Shown: positions 8,551-16,097 of the stretch, piece by piece
Layout of the letters: each line of letters starts with the position of its first letter
Numbering within the stretch: the stretch's first letter is position 1
Assembly (NCBI GenBank): GCA_041946805.1
Contig: JBHGBC010000141.1
Span: 1 to 16,097 of the forward strand
Reading direction: 5' to 3'
Length of the DNA: 16,097 bases
From: a bacterium
GTDB lineage: Bacteria; Hinthialibacterota; Hinthialibacteria; Hinthialibacterales; Hinthialibacteraceae
Notes under the pieces: model-generated
Told to the model about the DNA's origin: nothing
Database searches by the model: none
What the model saw: the letters and a program-made list of their open reading frames with translations, nothing else
Made by a program: the position numbers and the translations under genes

Positions 8551-8570
8551 TTCCGGCTGGCCCGCCGGAA
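8551..8570 (-). terminator. Hairpin directly after the Maf-like gene stop
   Basis: TTCCGGC-N6-GCCGGAA perfect 7-bp stem. No U-tract. Confidence 0.35.
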
Positions 8571-10502
8571 TCACGCAAACGGGGAACCGGATTGACCGGC
8601 CCCGGTTCCTTTCCGCAATTGCTCCACGGTATCCTGGATCACGCGGGCATAATACGAGGCGAGTTCGTCCATGCCCTGGAAAAACGGCCGGTACCGCCCC
8701 ACGGTCTTTGCGACGTTTTCCAGGTCCGTGGATTCACCCTGGGGCCGGCTGTCCTGCCGCAGGAAGGGATGCAACACCCGGTCGGCCGCCTCGTCCAGGA
8801 CCGCGTACAAGCGGTGTTCCTGGATCAACGCCTTATGGGTGTCGGTGATCTCATCCAGAATATCACGAAGATTTTCCCGCAGGGGCGACGGGCTCCGGGC
8901 CACGGTCTCCAGGGCGTCCACCAGGCGCAGGCCCCGGTCCGCTTGTTTCCCCGCTTCTTCCAACACGTCGAGGCACTTGCTCAACACCTGCAGGCTCTCA
9001 TCCGCGGAACCGCCGAAATAGAAACCCATGGCCATCTGCAGATTGCTGGCCACCATCCATTCCCGGACGCAGCTGTCCGAGATGAAATCCGGCAGACTAA
9101 CCGCTTCCGCTCCCTCGATGCGCGCCCCGCCGGAGGCGTTGACCACCCGGGCCCGGGTGGCCTGGATTTCCTCCTCCATCGAACGCAGATAGGCCAGAAA
9201 AAACTTGTTGGTCGCGACCGTGTCTCCCCGATTGCCCGGGATCAACCGCGGTTCGAATTCTTCCAGCGTGGGCTGCTCCGTGATCAATTCCACCAGCATC
9301 TTGCCCGGTGTGGACGAGGGGATGATCCGCCGCCGCCACGCGGTGCCCGCGGCGTGGGTGGTACCCCCCTCGCGGGGAAACGAAAAATCCAGCCCCACCA
9401 GCGCAATGGGATCGCACCCCATATACCGCGCCAGGTTGAAGGCCGTCTGCCCCACGTTGGTCCCCGGTTTGAGAATCGCCGTTTCCGCCCGGGGGGGCAG
9501 CAGCAGGCGTAGCAGGCGCGAGGTCACCAGGGGAATCGAGGCCCGGCTTCCCTTCAGCCGCGCCGGGATTTCGGGGCTGACCGACGGCGAAAATACCAAC
9601 ACCGTTTCCCGCAAATCCTCGATCCCCTCGAAATGACGGATATTCAGGGTGGTGGGGTCGGTGGTGACCACCAGGTGAGGATCGATGCCCTGTTCCCGCA
9701 GCGGTTTCAATACCGTGTCGCACGCAATCACCACGCCCCGGTCGCCGATCCGGGCCAAGGCCTCCAAACTCCGATCCAGCGACGGCCCCGCGCCGATCAC
9801 GAACGCGGGAACTCCAGTCAATAGCGATTGAAACGCCGAAACCGGGGGGCTGGCCAAGAGGTGGGGAAGGTTACGGATGATGTTTTCCTGGATCATCCCT
9901 CCCAGCTGCACCTTGGTGCGCAGCAGCATTGCACCGCTTTCCAGGCATTCCTCCACCAAGCGGCGCGCTTCGGCATACCACGCCGGATGGAGATCACACG
10001 AGGCGGGATGTTCGACGAGGGAAACGCCATCCAGCACCAGGGGCGTCATGTGGCGGTTGATAAAGGCCCGGATTTCGGAGGGCGTGGGATCGACCAGGAA
10101 AAAGGCGCCGCGGGTATGCAGGTACGGCGCGAGATCCAAATGCGTGAAGGCCAAGCGCACAATTTCCCAATCTTTCTCCACGATCACCAGGTTCCGCAGC
10201 GTCTTCAGGTGGTTCTTGACCAGCGCGTACACATGATGCAGCAGACCGCATCCCATCACCAACAGGTTGTAGGGCGAGGTGAGGGTCACGCCCGCGGCCC
10301 AGCGCTCCGCTTCCCGCGCCGGATCCTGGCCGCTGTGCAGCAGAACGGGATTAGCTTCTCGCTTGATCCGCAGGGAGAGATGCCGTTGAGGGGTCAGAAA
10401 CACTTCCGCCCGGCCGGCGGGGATGACCTGGCGAAGCCGCATCGCCAAGGCGGGATCGTAGGCTTGGAGCAGTGTGAGGTTGGATTCCAGATAGTCGGCC
10501 AT
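8571..10502 (-). CDS. Maf (motility-associated factor) / DUF115 family protein, putative glycosyltransferase
   Basis: N-terminal LHS.QDP.REAERW and LVMGCGLLHH, then FVIGAGPSL, IACDT, PHLVVTTDP, MGCDPIALVGLDFS, VVNASGGARIEG and a helical C-terminus. Start 10502 avoids overlap with nrdR. Confidence 0.85.
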   Translation of the reverse strand: MADYLESNLTLLQAYDPALAMRLRQVIPAGRAEVFLTPQRHLSLRIKREANPVLLHSGQDPAREAERWAAGVTLTSPYNLLVMGCGLLHHVYALVKNHLKTLRNLVIVEKDWEIVRLAFTHLDLAPYLHTRGAFFLVDPTPSEIRAFINRHMTPLVLDGVSLVEHPASCDLHPAWYAEARRLVEECLESGAMLLRTKVQLGGMIQENIIRNLPHLLASPPVSAFQSLLTGVPAFVIGAGPSLDRSLEALARIGDRGVVIACDTVLKPLREQGIDPHLVVTTDPTTLNIRHFEGIEDLRETVLVFSPSVSPEIPARLKGSRASIPLVTSRLLRLLLPPRAETAILKPGTNVGQTAFNLARYMGCDPIALVGLDFSFPREGGTTHAAGTAWRRRIIPSSTPGKMLVELITEQPTLEEFEPRLIPGNRGDTVATNKFFLAYLRSMEEEIQATRARVVNASGGARIEGAEAVSLPDFISDSCVREWMVASNLQMAMGFYFGGSADESLQVLSKCLDVLEEAGKQADRGLRLVDALETVARSPSPLRENLRDILDEITDTHKALIQEHRLYAVLDEAADRVLHPFLRQDSRPQGESTDLENVAKTVGRYRPFFQGMDELASYYARVIQDTVEQLRKGTGAGQSGSPFA

Positions 10503-10539
10503 GCGTGTTGCCCCTGCCCCAAGCCCGTGCGCGGCGGCT

Positions 10540-11022
10540 CTATTCGGCCGCCGGATTTTTCGGGGCATTGGGGGTGCCCATCAGGCGAGCGAGTTCATCC
10601 ACGAACTGGTTCAGATCCTTGAATTGCCGGTAGACGGACGCGAACCGCACATAGGCCACCTGGTCGAGCTCCATGAGTTCCTTCATCACTTCCTCACCCA
10701 CGACTTCGCTGGGGATTTCGCGTTCGCCGCGCGAGAAAAGGCGGAGTTCGATCCGCTTGGTGATCGTCTGGATCGTCTCTTCCGACACGTTCCGCTTTTG
10801 GCAGGCTATGCGGATGCTGCGGGCGATCTTTTCCTGACTGTAGTCTTCCCGCCGTTCGTCCCGCTTGATGATCCGCAGTTGGATGGTCTCGACCCGCTCG
10901 TAGGTGGTGAAGCGGTTGTTGCACACCTGACAGGACCGGCGGCGGCGGATTTCATACCCGTCGGCGGTGGTGCGCGAATCGATCACGTGGTCTTTGTCCG
11001 CCCCGCAGTAGGGACACTTCAC
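10540..11022 (-). CDS. nrdR: Transcriptional repressor NrdR
   Basis: MKCPYC..VIDSR..IRRRRSCQVCNNRFTTYE zinc ribbon, ATP cone, and LDQVAYVRFASVYRQF. GTG start with GGAGAA RBS. Confidence 0.98.
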   Translation of the reverse strand: MKCPYCGADKDHVIDSRTTADGYEIRRRRSCQVCNNRFTTYERVETIQLRIIKRDERREDYSQEKIARSIRIACQKRNVSEETIQTITKRIELRLFSRGEREIPSEVVGEEVMKELMELDQVAYVRFASVYRQFKDLNQFVDELARLMGTPNAPKNPAAE

Positions 11023-11067
11023 GTTGGTTCTCCCCGGGTGGAATCCCCTTGGCGCGTCCGGTCCCGC

Positions 11068-12336
11068 TCAGGCGTTGACCAACGCGTTTTCCCGCCAGCG
11101 CGGATAGAGGGGAAACGCCTCCACCAGTTCGTGGACTTGGCGCTTGACCGACTCGATCACCGCTTCCTCCAGCTTCGATTCCAAGATGTCCGCGATCCAG
11201 TTTCCGATCCGGACCATCTCCTCCGTCCCCATGCCCCGCGTGGTCAAGGCCGGCGTGCCCAGGCGGATGCCGCTGGTGACCATGGGGGATTGCGTGTCGA
11301 AGGGGATCATGTTCTTGTTCGCGGTGATGTAGGCCCGGTCCAGCGCTTTCTCCGTCTCTTTGCCGGTCAGGCCGTTGTGGCTGACGTCGAGCAGCAGCAG
11401 GTGGTTGTCGGTCCCGCCCGAGATCATGCGGATATTGCGGTTCTTGAAGACATTTTCCAGGGTTTTGGCGTTTTCCAGGATTCGCTTCTGGTAGTCCTTG
11501 AAATCCGGCTGCAGCGCTTCGTGGAAGGCCACCGCCTTGCCCGCGATTACGTGCATCAGGGGGCCCCCCTGGCATCCCGGGAAGATGTTCTTGTCCACCG
11601 CCTTCTGGTACTCTTCTCCGCACAGAATCATCCCGCCGCGGGGGCCGCGCAGGGTTTTGTGCGTGGTGGTGGTCACGACATCCATGTGCGGGATGGGATC
11701 GGGATGCAGATCCGCGGCGACCGGCCCGGCGATGTGGGCGATGTCCGCCACCGCCTTGGCCCCCACCCCGTGGATGATCCCGCCCAGGGTTTTGAAATCG
11801 ATGATCCGCGGATACGCCGATGCCCCCAGGATGACCAAGTCGGGCTTAAATGCTTCCACCGCCCGGCGGAACGTGTCCGCCTCGATGCGGTGGGTTTCCG
11901 GATGCACGCCGTAGGACGCGACCTGGAAAAGATGGCCCGAGAAATTGACGGGGCTGCCATGCGTCAAATGCCCACCCTGGGAAAGATTCAATCCCATCAG
12001 TTTGGCCCCTGGTTTAATCAGCGCCAGGTAGGCCGCCTGGTTGGCCTGCGAACCCGAATGGGGCTGGACATTGGCGTGCCCGCAGTGAAACAGGAGTTTG
12101 GCCCGTTCGATGGCCAGCTTTTCCGCGATGTCCACGAACTCGCAGCCGCCGTAGTAGCGTTTGGCCGGGTAACCCTCGGCGTACTTGTTGGTCAGGGGCG
12201 AGCCCATCGCTTCCAGCACGGCCTCGGATACGAAATTTTCCGAGGCGATCATCTCCAGTTTCTGGTGCTGGCGGTTGGCCTCTTTCCGAATCGCGTCATA
12301 AACCTCGGGATCCGCATTGCGCAGGTGCTCTAACAC
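11068..12336 (-). CDS. glyA: Serine hydroxymethyltransferase
   Basis: [36 protein letters not shown] lysine motif [26 protein letters not shown] start at 12336 with AAGGAG RBS. Confidence 0.98.
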   Translation of the reverse strand: MLEHLRNADPEVYDAIRKEANRQHQKLEMIASENFVSEAVLEAMGSPLTNKYAEGYPAKRYYGGCEFVDIAEKLAIERAKLLFHCGHANVQPHSGSQANQAAYLALIKPGAKLMGLNLSQGGHLTHGSPVNFSGHLFQVASYGVHPETHRIEADTFRRAVEAFKPDLVILGASAYPRIIDFKTLGGIIHGVGAKAVADIAHIAGPVAADLHPDPIPHMDVVTTTTHKTLRGPRGGMILCGEEYQKAVDKNIFPGCQGGPLMHVIAGKAVAFHEALQPDFKDYQKRILENAKTLENVFKNRNIRMISGGTDNHLLLLDVSHNGLTGKETEKALDRAYITANKNMIPFDTQSPMVTSGIRLGTPALTTRGMGTEEMVRIGNWIADILESKLEEAVIESVKRQVHELVEAFPLYPRWRENALVNA

Positions 12337-12460
12337 AGTCCAGTCTCCTTCTTCCTCAGTTTTGGCTTGGGACGCGGGCGGTTCGCCGTTCCGGCCCGGT
12401 CCCGCATGGAGCATCGCGTGAAATTTTCAGAAGCCCGCCGGTTCGGGGTTCCAGGTTGAG

Positions 12461-12489
12461 ATGATACGAAAAAAAAGGCCCTTTTCCAA
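12461..12489 (-). promoter_or_regulatory. Sigma70-type promoter for glyA-nrdR
   Basis: Minus strand TTGGAA-N17-TATCAT in the rpiB-glyA gap. Confidence 0.55.
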
Positions 12490-12505
12490 GAAGCGGCGCC
12501 GGTTT

Positions 12506-13450
12506 TCAACACCGGAGCGAATTTTCGTATCGCGAAATCATGCTCAACCGCCGCTGATAGTTTCCACCCAAAAAGACGGTCCGCAGCCACTCCAGCGTAA
12601 TGGCCTCGATGGCCTCATGCTTGTGGAATCCCGCGCCGAAGGCCAGCACGTTGGCGTTGTTGTGCGAACGCGACAACCGCGCGTGCCGCTCATCCAGGGG
12701 CAACACGGCCCGCACCCGCGGAACCTTGTTGGCGGTCAGGAGCATGCCATGCCCCGTGGAGCAAACCAGAATTCCCCGGTCGGCGTCACCCTGACTCACC
12801 AGTTTCGCCACGTGCAAGGCGTACGCCGGATGATCGCAGGGTTCCTCCGAATGCGTTCCACAGTCGATGATCTTGTACTCCGCGGACTTCAAGAATTCGA
12901 TCAGCCACTGTTTGACGGAGTATCCCCGGTGGTCCGCCCCCAAGGCCACCACTTTGCGGCCGGGATTGTAATAGCGTTCCTCGATACTTTCCCATTGCAG
13001 CAACAGGTTGTTGATCGCCGCATCGATCAGAAGAAAAGTCTGGTCATATTCGAGGGAGCCGCCGCCCATGGGATCGGGTATCCCGTATGGAGGTCCTGGA
13101 AAAAGAAACTGGCCGAGCAAACGGACTTTGTCGCCGTGGTCAGGCATCTTCTCCCACATGTATTCCTCGTGGGTTTCGTCCATAACCAGGATCAGGTGCG
13201 CTTTTTCACATAATTTGACCGTCAAGGCCTGGGAATGGAAACCCTCGAGGGAAGCGCCCTGCTGTTTCACCTTCTCAGCCGCCGCAGCCGCCGCCGGCTC
13301 GCCTTTGACGGCCGCGATGCCCGCCGACGCGGCCACCACGTCCTCTGTCAGATTTTTTTCCTGGATTTTCCGGCGCAGCAACGCCTCGGCCATCGGACTC
13401 CGGCAGGTGTTGCCCGTGCAGACAAAAAGTATGAACATCGGTTCAGTCAT
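12506..13450 (-). CDS. rpiB: Fusion of a low-molecular-weight protein (arginine/tyrosine) phosphatase and a ribose-5-phosphate isomerase B domain
   Basis: N-terminal ILFVCTGNTCRSPMAE P-loop and IPDPMGG acid loop. C-terminal ALGADHRG, GILVCSTGHGM, ANKVPRVRA, SRSHNNANVL. One uninterrupted frame. Confidence 0.92.
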   Translation of the reverse strand: MTEPMFILFVCTGNTCRSPMAEALLRRKIQEKNLTEDVVAASAGIAAVKGEPAAAAAAEKVKQQGASLEGFHSQALTVKLCEKAHLILVMDETHEEYMWEKMPDHGDKVRLLGQFLFPGPPYGIPDPMGGGSLEYDQTFLLIDAAINNLLLQWESIEERYYNPGRKVVALGADHRGYSVKQWLIEFLKSAEYKIIDCGTHSEEPCDHPAYALHVAKLVSQGDADRGILVCSTGHGMLLTANKVPRVRAVLPLDERHARLSRSHNNANVLAFGAGFHKHEAIEAITLEWLRTVFLGGNYQRRLSMISRYENSLRC

Positions 13451-13739
13451 TATTCATCGAGCGACACAGTGTGAGATGGTATATCATATCGTACCCGCCG
13501 GCATGAAATATCCCACCCGCGCGGTAGTCATTTTCCGATTGTTCCCTCGGCCCGAAAGCCTTGATCGCCTGCGATTTTTTCCGGCGGCATAAAACGCATC
13601 CACATCCCATTGCGGTGTCAAGGCCTTTTCATGAACATCATTTACTCTTCCCCCGGGGTAAGGAATTGGGGATGGAATGAATCCCGGCGGAGCAATAGGA
13701 GCGCTTTGCAACATGCTCAAACGACAACATCGGATTGAA

Positions 13740-15206
13740 TCATATCCGGGGCTTTTTCTGGTGATGATGGGTCCCCAGTTGAAATGAATGCGCCACGTTG
13801 AGGAGCCGGCTTTCGCTCAGCACCGGACCGATTAATTGAAGGCCAATGGGCAAGAAATCCGCGCTGAAGCCGCCGGGAATCGCAAGGCCCGGCAAACCAG
13901 CCAGGTTGACCGGGGCCGTGAAGACGTCCGACAAGTACATCTCCAACGGATCGCCGGTTTTGGCCCCGGCCGGAAAAGGCGGGGTGGGAGTCGCGGGGCA
14001 TAAAATCACATCGACGCTTGCGAACGCCTGGTCGAAATCCCGTTTGATCAAGGTCCGCACCCGTTGCGCCCGGCGGTAGTAGGCGTCGAAATACCCCGCG
14101 CTGAGCACATACGTTCCCAGCATGATGCGCCGCTTCACCTCCGGCCCGAATCCCTCGCTGCGGGATTGACAATACATCTCAATCAGGTTCTCGAACGGCC
14201 CGGCGCCGCGGTGGCCGTACACCACCCCGTCATACCGGGCCAGGTTGCTGGACGCCTCCGCCGTGCAGATCATGTAATAGGTGGCGATGGCGTATTCGGT
14301 ATGGGGCAGCGAAATCTCACAGGACACCGCGCCCTGTTCCTCGAAAAATCGCGCGGCGTTCTCGACCGCCGCCCGCACTTCCGCGTTCAAGCCCTCGATC
14401 ATGTATTCCTTCGGAATGCCGATCCGCAAGCCCTTCACCTCGCCCGTCATTTCAGCCGGGTAATCGGGAACCGGCGCGTTGATCGAGGTCGAATCGCGCC
14501 GGTCATGCCCGGCGATGATGCGCAGCAATCCCGCCGCATCCCGCGCGTCCTTGGTGATCGGCCCGATCTGGTCCAGCGACGAGGCGAACGCGATCAGCCC
14601 CCAACGCGAAATCCGCCCATACGTCGGCTTCAAACCCGTTACCGAACAAAACGCGGCCGGCTGGCGGATCGAGCCGCCGGTATCCGAACCCAGGGCCAGA
14701 ATCGCTTCATCGGCGCTCACGGCGGCCGTCGATCCCCCGCTGGAACCCCCGGGAACATAATCCAGGTTCCAGGGATTACGGGTCCGCCCGTAAGCCGAGT
14801 TTTCCGTGGACGACCCCATCGCGAATTCGTCGAGATTGGTCTTGCCGACCGGGATCAACCCGGCCGCCAGCATTTTTTCGACCACGGTGGCGTCGTACGG
14901 AGGGATGAAGCGCTCCAACATTTTGGAAGAACAAGTAGCCGGGCAACCGCGCAGGCACATGTTGTCCTTGACGGCCACGGGAATGCCCGCCCAGGGATGC
15001 AAGGCCTCCCCCCGCGCGCGGCGGGCATCAATTTCGTCCGCCATGGCCAACGCCGGCTCTTCGATCACGTGTTGATACGCATGGATTTGGCTTTCCACCT
15101 GGCCAATCCGCCCCAGGACGGAGGCGGTGAGTTCGCGCGCGGACATTTCGCGGGCCCGCAACGTTTCGGCGGCTTGCCAGGCGGTCATTTGGTAGAGTTC
15201 GGTCAT
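13740..15206 (-). CDS. gatA: Asp-tRNA(Asn)/Glu-tRNA(Gln) amidotransferase subunit A
   Basis: Amidase signature VAVKDN, GKTNLDEFAMGSSTE, PGGSSGGS, GSDTGGSIRQPA, plus GatA-specific SNLARYDG and RRIMLGTYVLSAGYFDAYY. Likely start MTELY at 15206. Confidence 0.96.
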   Translation of the reverse strand: MTELYQMTAWQAAETLRAREMSARELTASVLGRIGQVESQIHAYQHVIEEPALAMADEIDARRARGEALHPWAGIPVAVKDNMCLRGCPATCSSKMLERFIPPYDATVVEKMLAAGLIPVGKTNLDEFAMGSSTENSAYGRTRNPWNLDYVPGGSSGGSTAAVSADEAILALGSDTGGSIRQPAAFCSVTGLKPTYGRISRWGLIAFASSLDQIGPITKDARDAAGLLRIIAGHDRRDSTSINAPVPDYPAEMTGEVKGLRIGIPKEYMIEGLNAEVRAAVENAARFFEEQGAVSCEISLPHTEYAIATYYMICTAEASSNLARYDGVVYGHRGAGPFENLIEMYCQSRSEGFGPEVKRRIMLGTYVLSAGYFDAYYRRAQRVRTLIKRDFDQAFASVDVILCPATPTPPFPAGAKTGDPLEMYLSDVFTAPVNLAGLPGLAIPGGFSADFLPIGLQLIGPVLSESRLLNVAHSFQLGTHHHQKKPRI

Positions 15207-15488
15207 AACGGTGGAGGCGGACACCCAACGGTCCGCGAACATTTCCAGGACGAGATGAATAATAAAGGTATATTAATCAAGCGGAACGGGATTCTGTCAA
15301 TGCGCGCGTCTTCCCTTGGAGAAGGACCGGACTCCAGGCAGCGGGTGGGGAAGGAAAGCGGATCGAGGGGGTATGGCTTCCACGCGCCGGATGGGTATGG
15401 AACCGGCAGGGCCGCGGGGGATGAAAATGATACGCGTGAAAGGGATCGAGCCGGTATGGGAGAATACAATAGAACCGGTGAAAAGGTA

Positions 15489-15516
15489 TTGACTGAAACC
15501 AGCGAGCGGATATATT
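15489..15516 (+). promoter_or_regulatory. Sigma70-type promoter for tRNA-Trp
   Basis: TTGACT-N16-TATATT about 53 nt upstream of the tRNA. A second TTGACA overlaps at 15515-15520. Confidence 0.5.
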
Positions 15517-15569
15517 GACATCGTGGCTTGGCGATTACCGATGTGTAATTACAGGATTCGGCTGATCAT

Positions 15570-15642
15570 AGGCGTGTAGCTCAATTGGTAGAGCAGCTGA
15601 CTCCAAATCAGCAGGTCGGGGGTTCGAGCCCCTCCACGCCTG
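15570..15642 (+). tRNA. tRNA-Trp (CCA)
   Basis: Full cloverleaf: AGGCGTG/CACGCCT acceptor, GCTC/GAGC D stem, GCTGA-CTCCAAA-TCAGC anticodon arm (CCA at 15603-15605), GGGGG-TTCGAGC-CCCTC T arm, discriminator G. The 3' CCA is not encoded. Confidence 0.98.
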
Positions 15643-15694
15643 AACTTCATTTGATTAGACTTACGTTCATCCTCTTCAACCCCCAAAATCGTCC

Positions 15695-15714
15695 GTGCTA
15701 ACAGGGTGCTAACA
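15695..15714 (+). repeat. Direct repeat GTGCTAACA x2, 11-bp period
   Basis: GTGCTAACA-GG-GTGCTAACA, 52 bp downstream of the tRNA 3' end. Confidence 0.8.
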
Positions 15715-15810
15715 CCTGGACGAAAAAAATCCCCTCGTTTTGCCTGTTTCCCCATCCGGCAACATCCCCGCCTTGCGGGGTTCATCCGTCTGTTCGAGAG
15801 GGGAAGCATC

Positions 15811-16080
15811 ATGAACGTAGTCCTCGATGAAGTCCAAGGCAAAGCGGTTTGCGGGTATTACGGAGAATGCCGCGCGGTTTATCGGGATCTCCCGCCCACG
15901 TGCGGGATTCATCCCGAATGCCCGGCGATCCGCGGTAACCGGCCGGCCCTCGACGGATACTATCCCGCCAAACTGGCCGCCATTCTTTTCTCGTTTTTCT
16001 CAAACCTTCCGGAAGAGGAACGGCGCCGGATACTCGGTGAGTATTGGCTTCGCGGAAACACCCCACCGGCATCCCGGTAA
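15811..16080 (+). CDS. Small hypothetical protein (89 aa) with two CG-x3-EC motifs
   Basis: Purine-rich RBS GAGAGGGGAAG before ATG 15811. CGYYGEC-x10-CGIHPEC and a plausible helical C-terminus (LPEEERRRIL). No family recognised. Confidence 0.6.
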   Translation: MNVVLDEVQGKAVCGYYGECRAVYRDLPPTCGIHPECPAIRGNRPALDGYYPAKLAAILFSFFSNLPEEERRRILGEYWLRGNTPPASR

Positions 16081-16097
16081 AGCCGGGCCGGGCCGCG

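Noticed and set aside
12468..12500. Intrinsic terminator after the rpiB fusion (run of 8 T on the minus strand)
   Set aside because: The preceding stem is weak and bulged, and the T-run fits equally well as the spacer of the TTGGAA-N17-TATCAT promoter.
12337..12505. Known ZTP, glycine or THF riboswitch upstream of glyA
   Set aside because: I could not find their conserved cores by eye (e.g. the ZTP GACUGGCG...CGCCUGGGC pattern). Kept only as an unclassified structured leader.
13484..13720. 78-aa minus-strand ORF between gatA and the phosphatase fusion as a possible gatC or small gene
   Set aside because: No GatC-like features, no RBS and atypical composition; treated as intergenic.
10501..15518. 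Long + strand ORFs 10501..12333, 12461..13213 and 14064..15518
   Set aside because: Antisense to nrdR/glyA, the phosphatase-RpiB fusion and gatA, which have unambiguous motifs.
15690..15714. GTGCTAA resembles the right half of a CIRCE (HrcA) operator
   Set aside because: CIRCE is the inverted repeat TTAGCACTC-N9-GAGTGCTAA. Here the copies are direct and there is no TTAGCAC left arm.

Overview
GC-rich bacterial chromosomal window, mostly housekeeping, from what looks like a diderm organism; the lineage cannot be fixed from sequence alone. The left end holds a minus-strand envelope/efflux cluster: a Spy/CpxP-like secreted protein, a lipoprotein TolC-family channel, and a HlyD/MacA-type adaptor that runs off the window and is missing from the ORF track. 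Next is a divergent Tat-signal Gfo/Idh/MocA oxidoreductase. A long minus-strand run follows: gatA, an LMW-phosphatase::RpiB fusion, glyA, nrdR, a Maf/DUF115 protein, a STAS protein and gltX. The right end has a stand-alone tRNA-Trp(CCA), an att-like flank and a small Cys-motif ORF. I see no CRISPR array, transposase or clear-cut novel system. The best leads are a 7-residue (21-bp) repeat insert in the TolC protein, a Maf-type protein outside any flagellar context, an arginine-phosphatase-type/RpiB fusion with altered RpiB motifs, a non-canonical STAS protein apparently co-transcribed with gltX, a structured glyA leader, and possible integration signatures after tRNA-Trp.
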